A DNA stretch of 63,419 nt, counting the filler. It is 6 parts of 6 records of this genome, joined end to end, with 100 filler letters (N's around TTAATTAATTAA, not from the genome) between each part and the next. Parts side by side here need not be neighbours in the genome. Positions count along the whole stretch, not along the records: positions 32,746 to 43,682 come from SRR31156797_11247; positions 43,783 to 56,793 come from SRR31156797_11254; 4 more parts are not named here. One strand, 5' to 3'. The stretch's first letter is position 1. Each line of letters begins with the position of its first letter. A program made the translations under genes and the position numbers. A model generated the notes under the pieces. The model searched no databases, was not told the DNA's origin, and saw nothing but the letters and a program-made list of their open reading frames with translations. Below, one piece after another: positions 40,686-52,049 of this stretch.

Positions 40686-41189
40686 TTGTATAGACGGGAA
40701 ACCGAAGAACAAGGATTTATCGACAAGGTCGTACATATCAACCGCGTGGCCAAAGTTGTCAAGGGCGGACGACGCTTCTCCTTTTCGGCGATAGTGGTCG
40801 TCGGCGACGGCGAGGGCAGCGTTGGTTTCGGACTTGGTAAAGCCAACGAAGTGCCGGAAGCGATTAGAAAAGGCGTGGAACGGGCCAAGAAGGACATGAC
40901 CAAAATTGACCTGCTGGGCACAACCGTTCCTCATGAGATCGTCGGCCATTACGGCCCCGGTCGAGTCCTTCTGAAACCGGCCGCCAAGGGAACCGGCGTT
41001 ATTGCGGGTGGTCCTGTTCGCGCCGTGCTCGAGGCTGCCGGTGTAAAAGACATCCTGACCAAGATTCTGGGTTCGAATAACCCTCATAATGTAGTCAGGG
41101 CGACTTTGGCTGGTCTCAGGGAAATGCGCGGTCCGGAAACGGTCGCTGCCGAACGCGGCGTCGAGGCCGAAAGGGTGCGGAACTTCTAA
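40686..41189 (+). CDS. rpsE: 30S ribosomal protein S5 (TTG start)
   Basis: [21 protein letters not shown]. Confidence 0.98.
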   Translation: MYRRETEEQGFIDKVVHINRVAKVVKGGRRFSFSAIVVVGDGEGSVGFGLGKANEVPEAIRKGVERAKKDMTKIDLLGTTVPHEIVGHYGPGRVLLKPAAKGTGVIAGGPVRAVLEAAGVKDILTKILGSNNPHNVVRATLAGLREMRGPETVAAERGVEAERVRNF

Positions 41190-41234
41190 GACGGTCCGGC
41201 TGACCCAGACGATAAAGATTCGAGGTATTTTCAA

Positions 41235-41414
41235 ATGGCCAAGGAGATTAAGATAACCCAGATTCGCAGCACGATAGGCCGCCTGCCCAAGCATCGTCGG
41301 ACCTTGCGCGCACTAGGGTTGAAAAAGATAAACGATACGGTTGTCCAGCAGGATACGCCGGTCATCCGCGGAATGATCAAACAGGTCAACTATTTGATCA
41401 GTGTTGAGGAGTAA
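41235..41414 (+). CDS. rpmD: 50S ribosomal protein L30 (below ORF-track cutoff)
   Basis: Hand translation [67 protein letters not shown]; canonical position. Confidence 0.96.
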   Translation: MAKEIKITQIRSTIGRLPKHRRTLRALGLKKINDTVVQQDTPVIRGMIKQVNYLISVEE

Positions 41415-41416
41415 CC

Positions 41417-41863
41417 ATGCGTCTGCACGATTTAAGACCGCCCAAAGGCGCTCGCCAAAAAGCAAAAAGGGTTGGGCGCGGAGAAGGCTCCGGTTGGGGC
41501 AAGACCTGCGGCAAAGGGCATAAAGGACAGCGCTCGCGTTCCGGCGGAGGCGTACGCCCCGGATTTGAAGGCGGCCAGATGCCTCTGCAGCGCCGGCTGC
41601 CGAAGCGCGGCTTCAATAATATATTTAAAAAGAAATTCGCCTTGGTCAACCTCAGGGACCTGGCCCGCTTTGAAGCAGGCAGCGTAATCGATCCCGAAGG
41701 ACTGGCCGCGGCCGGAATAATCGGTAAGCCGACTGAAAAGGTTAAATTGTTGGGCCAGGGAAAACTGGACAAACCGTTGACCCTTAAAATACATGGCATC
41801 TCGGCCGGAGCCCGTGAAGCGGTTGAAGCCGCCGGCGGTTCGGTCGAGGTCCTGACAAAGTGA
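41417..41863 (+). CDS. rplO: 50S ribosomal protein L15
   Basis: [27 protein letters not shown]. Confidence 0.98.
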   Translation: MRLHDLRPPKGARQKAKRVGRGEGSGWGKTCGKGHKGQRSRSGGGVRPGFEGGQMPLQRRLPKRGFNNIFKKKFALVNLRDLARFEAGSVIDPEGLAAAGIIGKPTEKVKLLGQGKLDKPLTLKIHGISAGAREAVEAAGGSVEVLTK

Positions 41864-41867
41864 TATT

Positions 41868-43682
<1,815 letters not shown>

Positions 43683-43782
43683 NNNNNNNNNNNNNNNNNN
43701 NNNNNNNNNNNNNNNNNNNNNNNNNNTTAATTAATTAANNNNNNNNNNNNNNNNNNNNNNNNNNNNNNNNNNNNNNNNNNNN
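43683..43782. other. Artificial contig spacer
   Basis: N run with TTAATTAATTAA. Confidence 0.99.
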
Positions 43783-44370
43783 TTCACAGGTCTTAATCCT
43801 GATGGATCTTATTTAACCAAGGAAATCGCTGTAACTGTAGATGAGCTTTCGTTTGATGTTCCTGAAGAGTGGGGATTACTTTGTGGAACAGGCGAAAAAA
43901 CCTGGGTTTGGGACGATACCCAAGCTGACAATTCAAATTCAGGAACACCTGGTCCTACCGTTTTTGGTAACGGTGGTTATCTTGGATGTTCTTCTCCGTG
44001 TTGGTGGAATGTCTCTCTTGCCGATGTTGATGCACAAGCTCCAGGTGAAGGAGATGGTGCTGAGATGGTATTTTCAGTAAGTGGTGCTTCATTAACCAAG
44101 AAATTTACAGATGGATCAACAGAGGAAGGTTCTTTTTCCTTCGATATGAGTAAAACAACCGACGATGGAAACGGTGGAATTTGGGCCAAAGGTAAATTGA
44201 ATACTAAGAATACAACGGTTTTGGCAGGAATTATTCTTAACGATAATACGGATGCTTATGAATATGATATTCTTATGTTAGATGAAGATTATTTGTCCTT
44301 GTCAGTGCCGCGTGCAGGTGTTTCTAGTGCATGGGGTGAAGCTACTTTCTGGATGTTTAAAAAGAAATAA
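43783..44370 (+). CDS. Bacteroidota surface/PUL-type protein, 5' truncated
   Basis: Frame open from contig edge: LLCGTGEKTWVWD, FGNGGY...PCWW, YEYDIL, WGEATFWMFK. Confidence 0.6.
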   Translation, partial: FTGLNPDGSYLTKEIAVTVDELSFDVPEEWGLLCGTGEKTWVWDDTQADNSNSGTPGPTVFGNGGYLGCSSPCWWNVSLADVDAQAPGEGDGAEMVFSVSGASLTKKFTDGSTEEGSFSFDMSKTTDDGNGGIWAKGKLNTKNTTVLAGIILNDNTDAYEYDILMLDEDYLSLSVPRAGVSSAWGEATFWMFKKK

Positions 44371-44393
44371 AGTATAACAACAAAAACATTACA

Positions 44394-44822
44394 ATGAAAA
44401 AAATAAAGGCTTATTTGGTAATAGTTATTTGTTCTATATCAATTTTTGTTTTTGCTAATAATGCAGAATCGAAAAAACGAAATAGTGCAATTTCGAATAA
44501 TGATATAGTAACTACAACAACTAATATTGGTCAATTTTCGTCAAGTGATGTAAGGATTGCAGTAACGGCAAATCCTGTATATACTTTTGGTGGACAATTA
44601 ACTCTCTCAGGAACAAATGAAAATTATTCGATTTCATCTAGTAATTATCATCCTGTGGTGTTCTACAATATTCCAGAAGGAACTTATACCGTTTCAGATA
44701 TATCTATGTCTAGTTGTAATGGTGCTTCAAAGGTATTTTGTAATGGGCAGGAGATTGTGAATGGTTCAAGCGTAACTTTTGTTGCGGCTAGTGGAGGATC
44801 TATACAGTTTCAATGCAATTAA
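44394..44822 (+). CDS. Small secreted hypothetical protein
   Basis: Signal peptide; Ser/Thr/Asn-rich beta-strand pattern (NIPEGTYTV). Confidence 0.6.
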   Translation: MKKIKAYLVIVICSISIFVFANNAESKKRNSAISNNDIVTTTTNIGQFSSSDVRIAVTANPVYTFGGQLTLSGTNENYSISSSNYHPVVFYNIPEGTYTVSDISMSSCNGASKVFCNGQEIVNGSSVTFVAASGGSIQFQCN

Positions 44823-44845
44823 AGCGAATAGTCTAGTTTATATTG

Positions 44846-44877
44846 AAAAGAGGGCGTTGTTTTTTGCGTCCTCTTTT
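44846..44877 (+). terminator. Intrinsic terminator
   Basis: AAAAGAGGGCG...CGTCCTCTTTT. Confidence 0.65.
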
Positions 44878-44982
44878 CTATTTTTAAGGTGCTTAATGAA
44901 AAAGATTCTTTCGCTTCATTGCATCCAGAAGCGCAGTGAGGAATCTCTTCTAAATAAATTATATACTCTAAAAAACAGTATA

Positions 44983-45582
44983 ATGCGAAATGTTTTATAT
45001 TTAATTGCTTTTTTTTTCATTCTTTCAGCTTGTTCTTCCGAGAATAACTTCCAAATAAACGGGCAACTTCCCGATAATTCGTACGATGGTGAATGGATTT
45101 ATCTGGTGCCACTTGTAAATGCTCCGGTTGAACGTGTTGATTCAACGGTTATTGAAAACGGTGCTTTTGTTTTTAATGGCAATGTTAAAGTGCCCGAAAT
45201 TTATGTAATCCGTCCCCGTCCGTTTATACGCCTATCGTTACAAGAATTGCTTGTGGTAAAAGAGCCCGGACAAATTAATGCTTATATTGGGCAACGAAGC
45301 AAAGCAAAAGGCACAGCTTTAAACGATTCGCTGCAAAGCTGGAAAGAGCAAAAGGAGGTCTGGGATGTTAAATCAAGCCTGCTTCAGCAACAGTTTACTA
45401 CTGCCGATGATTCAACAAAAGATGAATTGTTAAAACGAAAGAAGCAAATTAACACGCAAAAGAATACCTATAACTTTGAATTTGCCAAAAACAACAAAAA
45501 CAATGTAGTTGGTGAGATGGTGATTCGGTTTACTAAAGCTTCGTTTACAGATATGCAAAAAAGGGAATTGGGAATTGATTAA
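44983..45582 (+). CDS. DUF4369-like lipoprotein
   Basis: Lipobox LSAC; FQING...IYL...DSTVIENGAFVFNG...EPG...GTALND; start ATG 44983; no CxxC thioredoxin domain. Confidence 0.7.
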   Translation: MRNVLYLIAFFFILSACSSENNFQINGQLPDNSYDGEWIYLVPLVNAPVERVDSTVIENGAFVFNGNVKVPEIYVIRPRPFIRLSLQELLVVKEPGQINAYIGQRSKAKGTALNDSLQSWKEQKEVWDVKSSLLQQQFTTADDSTKDELLKRKKQINTQKNTYNFEFAKNNKNNVVGEMVIRFTKASFTDMQKRELGID

Positions 45583-45588
45583 TAAAGC

Positions 45589-47322
45589 ATGAGGAAAGAC
45601 AAAACAAATTGGCTTTTTATTACTCCTGTAGTCATTTTTATGGCGACCTACTCATTTTATCATTTTTTCTACTCTTATCACCTCTTTTTTAAAGAACAAG
45701 TTCAACTCTTCCTTTATACCCCCGATTATATTCTTTCGTATTTTAATAAACCAGCAAGTCTTTCCCGTTTATGTGGAGATTTCCTAGTTCAGTTTTTCTA
45801 CCTGCGAGGAGGTGGACCATTGGTTTTAGCTATAATCTTTTGTGTTGAATGGTTATTGCTTAGGGCAGTTCTAATAAAAAACTTCTCATCGGAAATGGCA
45901 GGTTGGTGGGCCTTAATTCCCATTGCTGCCGATTTTACTCTACATTTAAATCTTCTGCATACACCAGCAGACTCAATGGGAGTAATACTGGTTATGCTTA
46001 TATTTTTAATCCTTTCATTACACAAACATAAAACCATTAACAAGGGAATAGCCATTGTTTTGGGTATTTTGGGTTATTATTTATTAGGCAATGCTGTTTT
46101 ACTTTTGCCTTTCTTTCTTTTATTTAAAAAAGATCAGTTTAAGCCTTTGTTTGTTTTAATGGTGCTGATATTGGTGCTTCTCGTACCTTATGTTTTACGT
46201 CCTAATTTTTTACTTACACTTGAACAAACTTATTTATACCCGGCATTCACCGTAAAAAGTCTAATGCTCCCAATCTGCATCGTAATTGTATTTTCGATGG
46301 TTAGGTTTCTAAAGTCAAAGTCGGTATTTTTAATATTCGCAAAACCATTTGTTTTAGTACTTATTGTTGTTGTAGGTTTTGTTGGAATTCGATTAAACGC
46401 CAATTTCGATCGGGAAAAGATTTTGACTCTCGACAGTGAAACCTACTTTGGTAACAGCAGCAAGGTATTGCGGTATGCTGAGAAAGAGTTGATAGAAAGT
46501 CGTTTTGCAACTTACTATACCAATATGGCTCTTGCTGAAAAAGGAGAGTTGCCCGAACGGCTTTTGGAATTTTATCAACCCGGAATTTTTGGACTTTTAT
46601 TACCGGTTTCGCAGCACGAAAACTGGCAAAGCATACTTTTTAGCAATGAGCTTTTTTATCTTATAGGAGATATGAATTTTGCGCAACATTCGGCAATGCT
46701 TGGAAATACTTTTTCTCCGTATAATCGAAGCTCAAGAATGATAAAACGGCTGGCTGAAATTAATATGGTTACTAAGGATTTTGAAGGCGCTGAAAAATAC
46801 CTGAAAATGCTTACAAAAACCTTTTTCCATAAAAAATGGGCTGAAAAACGATTGGCTGAAAACAACAATGAATCAAAAAAAATATGGTTGGCTGAAAAAC
46901 GAAGCCAAATTGCCAAGACTGATGTTATTCGAACGGCTTTTGACTATATTAAATCAATTGAATTTTTGGTTCAACAAAATCCTAATAACAACGTGGCGTT
47001 AGATTACCTGTTGTGCTATCACTTGTTAAATAAAGACTTGCCAGCCTTTCAACAAGCCTACGATACCTATGCATTAAAAACAGAAAGTGTGCCTGCAAAG
47101 ATTTATGCAGAGGCATTACTTATTATTTTGTTTCGTAATAATGCTTCGGAGCAAGAATTTGAACAATACGGAATAAACCCTGAACAACTAAACAATTTTG
47201 TGAGCTATACAGAATTATTCGAAGAAAGTAAGGGGGAATTGGATAAGCTACAGAGAAAATTTGGAACCACTTTCTGGTTTTACTATCATTTTGCAACCAT
47301 GAAAGGAGGATGGGATGAATAG
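45589..47322 (+). CDS. DUF6057-like polytopic membrane protein, copy 1
   Basis: HLFFKEQVQLFL, roughly 9-10 TM segments, then TPR-like helical domain, ends GTTFWFYYHF. Confidence 0.75.
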   Translation: MRKDKTNWLFITPVVIFMATYSFYHFFYSYHLFFKEQVQLFLYTPDYILSYFNKPASLSRLCGDFLVQFFYLRGGGPLVLAIIFCVEWLLLRAVLIKNFSSEMAGWWALIPIAADFTLHLNLLHTPADSMGVILVMLIFLILSLHKHKTINKGIAIVLGILGYYLLGNAVLLLPFFLLFKKDQFKPLFVLMVLILVLLVPYVLRPNFLLTLEQTYLYPAFTVKSLMLPICIVIVFSMVRFLKSKSVFLIFAKPFVLVLIVVVGFVGIRLNANFDREKILTLDSETYFGNSSKVLRYAEKELIESRFATYYTNMALAEKGELPERLLEFYQPGIFGLLLPVSQHENWQSILFSNELFYLIGDMNFAQHSAMLGNTFSPYNRSSRMIKRLAEINMVTKDFEGAEKYLKMLTKTFFHKKWAEKRLAENNNESKKIWLAEKRSQIAKTDVIRTAFDYIKSIEFLVQQNPNNNVALDYLLCYHLLNKDLPAFQQAYDTYALKTESVPAKIYAEALLIILFRNNASEQEFEQYGINPEQLNNFVSYTELFEESKGELDKLQRKFGTTFWFYYHFATMKGGWDE

Positions 47323-48766
47323 CTATTTAAATTGTTGTTTGGGATCTCTATTGCTGTTGTTACTGTCGTGTCAATCTTCTCATAAAAATGTACAGGAAAG
47401 CTCTGATTTTCCAAAAATATTCCCTGATTACATTGATGTAACTATCCCCAAAAACATTGCACCATTAAATTTTCTATTACGTGATTCGTGCGAACAGGTA
47501 GTAGTGGAAATTATGGGTAGTGAAAAAACAATCTTGGTAAGAGGGAAACAAAAAGTTCAGGTTCCGCTAAAAAAGTGGAAAGAAATGTTGTCGGTTGGAA
47601 AGCAAAGTTTGAAAGTAACTGTAACCACCTTTAAAAATGGAAAATGGACTGCTTTTAAACCTTTTTTCTGGGAAGTTAAACCGGACCTAATTGATGGCTA
47701 CTTAAGCTACCGCTTGATTGAACCTGGATACGAGGTATGGAACAAATTGCAATTGGTGGAACGTAACATTGAAAGTTTTGAAGAACGGGTATTGGCAGAT
47801 AACAACTTAACCGAAGGAGCCTGTATGAATTGTCATATTTATGGGAACCAGGATCCAGCTCTTTCCATGTTTCATATGCGTGGTTCTAAAGGAGGAACGG
47901 TATTAAACCGCAACGGTAAACTTCGTAAAATTAATACCCGCAGCAGCGATATGATTGCCAATGCAACCTATGGAAACCTACATCCATCCGGGCAATATGG
48001 TGTATTCTCATCTAACATTGTTATTCCTGAATTACATACCTATGGTAGTGAGCGGTTGGAAGTTTACGATCGTGCTTCAGATCTTTTGGTAATCGATTTT
48101 GATAAAAATGAAGTGCTTGTAAAAGATGTGTTGAACGATACAACGGCATTCGAAACTTTTCCGGTATTTTCAGCGGATGGCAGTTGTATTTATTACTGTT
48201 CGGCACCTTATAAACCGCTGCCCGATAGTATTCGATCTTTAAAATACAGTATTCACAAAGTTGACTTTAATCCTGCAACAGGTTCGATAGGAAATAAAAT
48301 TGATACCGTATGGAATGCCAAACAACATGAGGGCTCAGCATGCCATTTAAAAACATCGCCTGATGGGAAATACTTATTATACACGGTGGCCGACTACGGA
48401 ACTTTTCCAATCTGGCATCAGGAAGCCGATTTACAAATGATACACCTCGAAACCGGAAAAATTGAAAATTTAGAGGATGTTAATGCTTTTCGATCTGATT
48501 CGTACCACAGTTGGTCGAGCAACAGTCGTTGGTTTGTTTTTGCCAGTAAGCGCGATGATGGAATTTATGGGAAGCCGTATTTTGCTTACCTCGATGAAAA
48601 TGGAAAGGCTCATAAACCATTTGTTTTACCGCAACGTGATCCGGCAAAGTACGATTTTATGTTGAAATCGTTTAACATTCCCGAACTATCGAAAGGGCAG
48701 GTTCCCTTTGATGCAATGGACATTGAAAGGTTGTATAAAAACCTGGAGGCTGAAACTGTAAACTAA
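47315..48766 (+). CDS. TolB/PD40-like beta-propeller lipoprotein with CxxCH, copy 1
   Basis: Lipobox LLSC, YRLIEPGY, CMNCH, FSADG, SPDGK, SYHSWSS, PFVLPQ. Confidence 0.8.
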   Translation: MNSYLNCCLGSLLLLLLSCQSSHKNVQESSDFPKIFPDYIDVTIPKNIAPLNFLLRDSCEQVVVEIMGSEKTILVRGKQKVQVPLKKWKEMLSVGKQSLKVTVTTFKNGKWTAFKPFFWEVKPDLIDGYLSYRLIEPGYEVWNKLQLVERNIESFEERVLADNNLTEGACMNCHIYGNQDPALSMFHMRGSKGGTVLNRNGKLRKINTRSSDMIANATYGNLHPSGQYGVFSSNIVIPELHTYGSERLEVYDRASDLLVIDFDKNEVLVKDVLNDTTAFETFPVFSADGSCIYYCSAPYKPLPDSIRSLKYSIHKVDFNPATGSIGNKIDTVWNAKQHEGSACHLKTSPDGKYLLYTVADYGTFPIWHQEADLQMIHLETGKIENLEDVNAFRSDSYHSWSSNSRWFVFASKRDDGIYGKPYFAYLDENGKAHKPFVLPQRDPAKYDFMLKSFNIPELSKGQVPFDAMDIERLYKNLEAETVN

Positions 48767-48790
48767 AAAACAAAATTTTATCTCAGGAAC

Positions 48791-50569
48791 ATGAAGCACA
48801 AGATATTTACAAGTATTTTTAGTCTGGAAAAGTTACTCCCGCTGGTGTTTGGAGCCGCTGTATTTGTTTTCTTTGGCTTTTACTACCCTTTTCATTTAAA
48901 TTACCAGGAACAATTTCAACTATTTTTATTTTCCAGCGAATATTTCCTGGGGTATATCGGACGTCCGGGGGGAGTGGCTGATTATTTGGGAACTTTTTTA
49001 ACCCAGTTTTATTTCTATTCAAAAATTGGGGCACTGGTTCTTGCCATTATGTTGGTAGTACTTCAGCAATTGGTTTATAAAATCGGTCTTAAATTAGGTG
49101 CAAAAATGCATTGGGTGCCTCTTTCGTTTATTCCTTCTGTTTTATACTGGAGTTTGCTATGCAATGAGAATTACCTGCTGGGTGGTTTGGTTGCCATGTT
49201 ATTATTAGCGTGTTTTTGTACATTTTATCTGTACCTGAAAAAAGGAACCATTCAAACCGTAGTAGGGCTGGTTTTGCTTGTTGTTTTATATTGGATGGCC
49301 GGAGGTGTTCATGTTTTCTTTGCTCTTTTTGTATTGTCATTAAAGTTTTTTGAACGAACAAAACCGGGCAAACAAGATCTGGGTCGAGCAATAGGAGTGA
49401 TGGTTATTACTTTGTTGTTGCCGTTTCTTGCGAAATATCTTGTACTTCAATATCCAATGATGAAATTCTGGATAGGTACAACTTATTTTCGTTTCCCGGT
49501 TAATGCACCAATAGCGGCTACTCTTATTGGTTCTTTAATTTTTATCCTACCTCTTTTAATGGCTGTTCTTTCAACCCAATTGAATGAAAAACGGAAAACT
49601 ATTTTAATATCCTTACAGCTTGTTGTTTTAATCGGATTTGGATCTGTTATTATTCATAAATCAGCTGACTTTTCCAAAGAAGAGGTGATGGCCTACGATT
49701 TTTATATCCGGATGAGAAAGTGGGATCGCGCTATAGCTATGGCCGATAAAAAGCATCCAACAAGTCCCTTATCAGTGGCATGTTTAAATTTGGCATTGGC
49801 AAAGCAAGACTTGTTGGGAGAGCGTATGTTTTCATATTATCAAAAAGGTATGGGAGGATTAATACCAGATTTTAAGCGCGATTTTACTATTCCGATAATG
49901 GCAGGTGAAGTGTATTACCATTTGGGGTTGATAAATACGGCTCAACGATTTGCATTTGAAGCAATGGAAGCTTTACCCGATTACCAGAAAAGTGCACGTA
50001 CAGTAAAACGACTGGCCGAAACCAATATTATTAACGGAGAATACAAATTGGCAAGAAAGTACTTGCATTTGCTTCAAAAAACCATGTATTACAAAGCTTG
50101 GGCTACGCAAGCTCTGCAAATAATGACGGATGAGGAACAAGTTGAAAGTCATATTGAGTGGGGCTGGTTGAGAAAAGCCCGGATTCAGAAAGATTTTTTG
50201 TTTAGCGAACAGGAAAAAGAAAACATGTTGGGGCAGTTGTTTACCCATAACAATAAAAATCGTATGGCTTTTGAATACCTGCTGACTAGCAGTCTCGTAA
50301 AAAAGGATCTGCAACAATTTATCAATTATTTCGCTTTATCAAATTCATTAAATTACAAGCATATTCCTAAAAACTTTCAGGAAGCTTTGGTTTATATCTG
50401 GGAAGTGACCAACAAAGATAAGAACCGGGAAATTCCTTATCCGATAAATGCGAATGTCCGGGCCAGGTTAACGGACTATAAAAAATTATATGGGCAAACT
50501 CGCGATGCACAAAAAATTCAAAGAAACCACGGTAATACTTACTGGTACTATTATCATTTCAGAAATTGA
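48791..50569 (+). CDS. DUF6057-like polytopic membrane protein, copy 2
   Basis: HLNYQEQFQLFL, PGG, TM region, KRLAE, AFEYL, GNTYWYYYHF. Confidence 0.75.
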   Translation: MKHKIFTSIFSLEKLLPLVFGAAVFVFFGFYYPFHLNYQEQFQLFLFSSEYFLGYIGRPGGVADYLGTFLTQFYFYSKIGALVLAIMLVVLQQLVYKIGLKLGAKMHWVPLSFIPSVLYWSLLCNENYLLGGLVAMLLLACFCTFYLYLKKGTIQTVVGLVLLVVLYWMAGGVHVFFALFVLSLKFFERTKPGKQDLGRAIGVMVITLLLPFLAKYLVLQYPMMKFWIGTTYFRFPVNAPIAATLIGSLIFILPLLMAVLSTQLNEKRKTILISLQLVVLIGFGSVIIHKSADFSKEEVMAYDFYIRMRKWDRAIAMADKKHPTSPLSVACLNLALAKQDLLGERMFSYYQKGMGGLIPDFKRDFTIPIMAGEVYYHLGLINTAQRFAFEAMEALPDYQKSARTVKRLAETNIINGEYKLARKYLHLLQKTMYYKAWATQALQIMTDEEQVESHIEWGWLRKARIQKDFLFSEQEKENMLGQLFTHNNKNRMAFEYLLTSSLVKKDLQQFINYFALSNSLNYKHIPKNFQEALVYIWEVTNKDKNREIPYPINANVRARLTDYKKLYGQTRDAQKIQRNHGNTYWYYYHFRN

Positions 50570-50575
50570 ACAGGT

Positions 50576-52045
50576 ATGAAATATTTTAATTCTAAAAACA
50601 TATTTTTCTTCTATGCGATAATTTTGTTGGTTTCATGCAAAACCGATATAAAATCGGACATAAAGAAAAACGTATCCCCGAATATTTTTCCTGATTATTG
50701 CGATGTAACCATTCCGTACAACATTGCCCCCTTAAATTTTAAAATGAAAGATGGAGCAGAAGCAATTGCGGCCCGAATAGAAAGTTCTAACGGGAGTTCT
50801 GTTCTGGTAAAGGGAAAAAAGCAAGTGGTAATTCCTCTAAAACAATGGATAAACCTGTTGGATGAATCAAAGGGGCAGGCACTAACGTTTACCGTATTCG
50901 CCCAAAACAATGGCAAATGGACCGAATATTTACCTTTTAATGTATTTGTAAGCAACGATGCCATAGATTATGGAATAGCATACCGTTTAATTGCCCCGGG
51001 CTACGAGATATACAGTAAGATGGGGATTTATCAGCGCGAACTTTCTACCTTTAAACAAGATGCTATTATTGAAAATACTTTGTTAACCGGTAGTTGTGTG
51101 AATTGTCATTCGTTTCGTTTAACCAACCCGGATGATATGAGTTTACACATCAGGGGGAAAAAAGGAGGAACTGTTTTGATGAGCAATGGTGAGGTTAAGC
51201 TGTTAAATACAAAAACTCCAAAAACCATATCGAATTTTGTTTACCCATACTGGCATCCAAACGGCAACTATGTGGCTTATTCTGTAAATAAAACAAAACA
51301 GGTATTTCACGAAACAAAAGAAAAGAGGGTGGAAGTAGTGGATGCAGCATCTGATGTGGTGGTGTACGATGTAAGAAACAATCAAACCATTTATTGCGAT
51401 CAGTTAATGACCGAAAACGAGTTTCAAACGTTTCCAAGTTTCTCGGCAGATGGTAAGAAACTGATCTTCTGTGTTGCCGATGCAAAACGAATTCCTTTTG
51501 AATACAAAGAGGTACACTATAACCTTTGCAGCATCGATTTTGACGCTTCTGCCGGAGCCTTTGGCGAAAAAGTAGATACATTATTTAACGCTTCTGTCCT
51601 GGGGAAAAGTGTAACATTTCCGCGACCATCACCCGATGGTAAATACATTATGTTTACCCTTGTTGATTATGGTAATTTCTCGATTTGGCACAAAGAAGCC
51701 GATTTGTTTCTGCTTGATGTGGAAAAAGGGGAGGTTAAGGCAATGGAAGCAGCCAATAGTAAAGATACTGAAAGCTACCATTCATGGTCGTCCAACTCGC
51801 GCTGGTGCGTATTTAGTAGCCGTAGAATTAATGGTTTGTATACCCGTCCTTATTTTGTGCACATCGACAAAAATGGAAATGTTGGCAAACCTTTTCTGTT
51901 GCCTCAGAAAAATCCAGATTATTACGAAAACTTGTTGTATTCGTATAATATTCCTGAATTTATAAATAAGAAAGTAGAGTTAGATGTACGGCAAGTGGAG
52001 AAACTGGCTAACACTTCAGGCACTAATGTAACGCAACGAGAATAG
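50576..52045 (+). CDS. TolB/PD40-like beta-propeller lipoprotein with CxxCH, copy 2
   Basis: Lipobox LVSC, YRLIAPGY, CVNCH, WHPNG, SPDGK, SYHSWSS, PFLLPQ. Confidence 0.8.
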   Translation: MKYFNSKNIFFFYAIILLVSCKTDIKSDIKKNVSPNIFPDYCDVTIPYNIAPLNFKMKDGAEAIAARIESSNGSSVLVKGKKQVVIPLKQWINLLDESKGQALTFTVFAQNNGKWTEYLPFNVFVSNDAIDYGIAYRLIAPGYEIYSKMGIYQRELSTFKQDAIIENTLLTGSCVNCHSFRLTNPDDMSLHIRGKKGGTVLMSNGEVKLLNTKTPKTISNFVYPYWHPNGNYVAYSVNKTKQVFHETKEKRVEVVDAASDVVVYDVRNNQTIYCDQLMTENEFQTFPSFSADGKKLIFCVADAKRIPFEYKEVHYNLCSIDFDASAGAFGEKVDTLFNASVLGKSVTFPRPSPDGKYIMFTLVDYGNFSIWHKEADLFLLDVEKGEVKAMEAANSKDTESYHSWSSNSRWCVFSSRRINGLYTRPYFVHIDKNGNVGKPFLLPQKNPDYYENLLYSYNIPEFINKKVELDVRQVEKLANTSGTNVTQRE

Positions 52046-52049
52046 AAAA

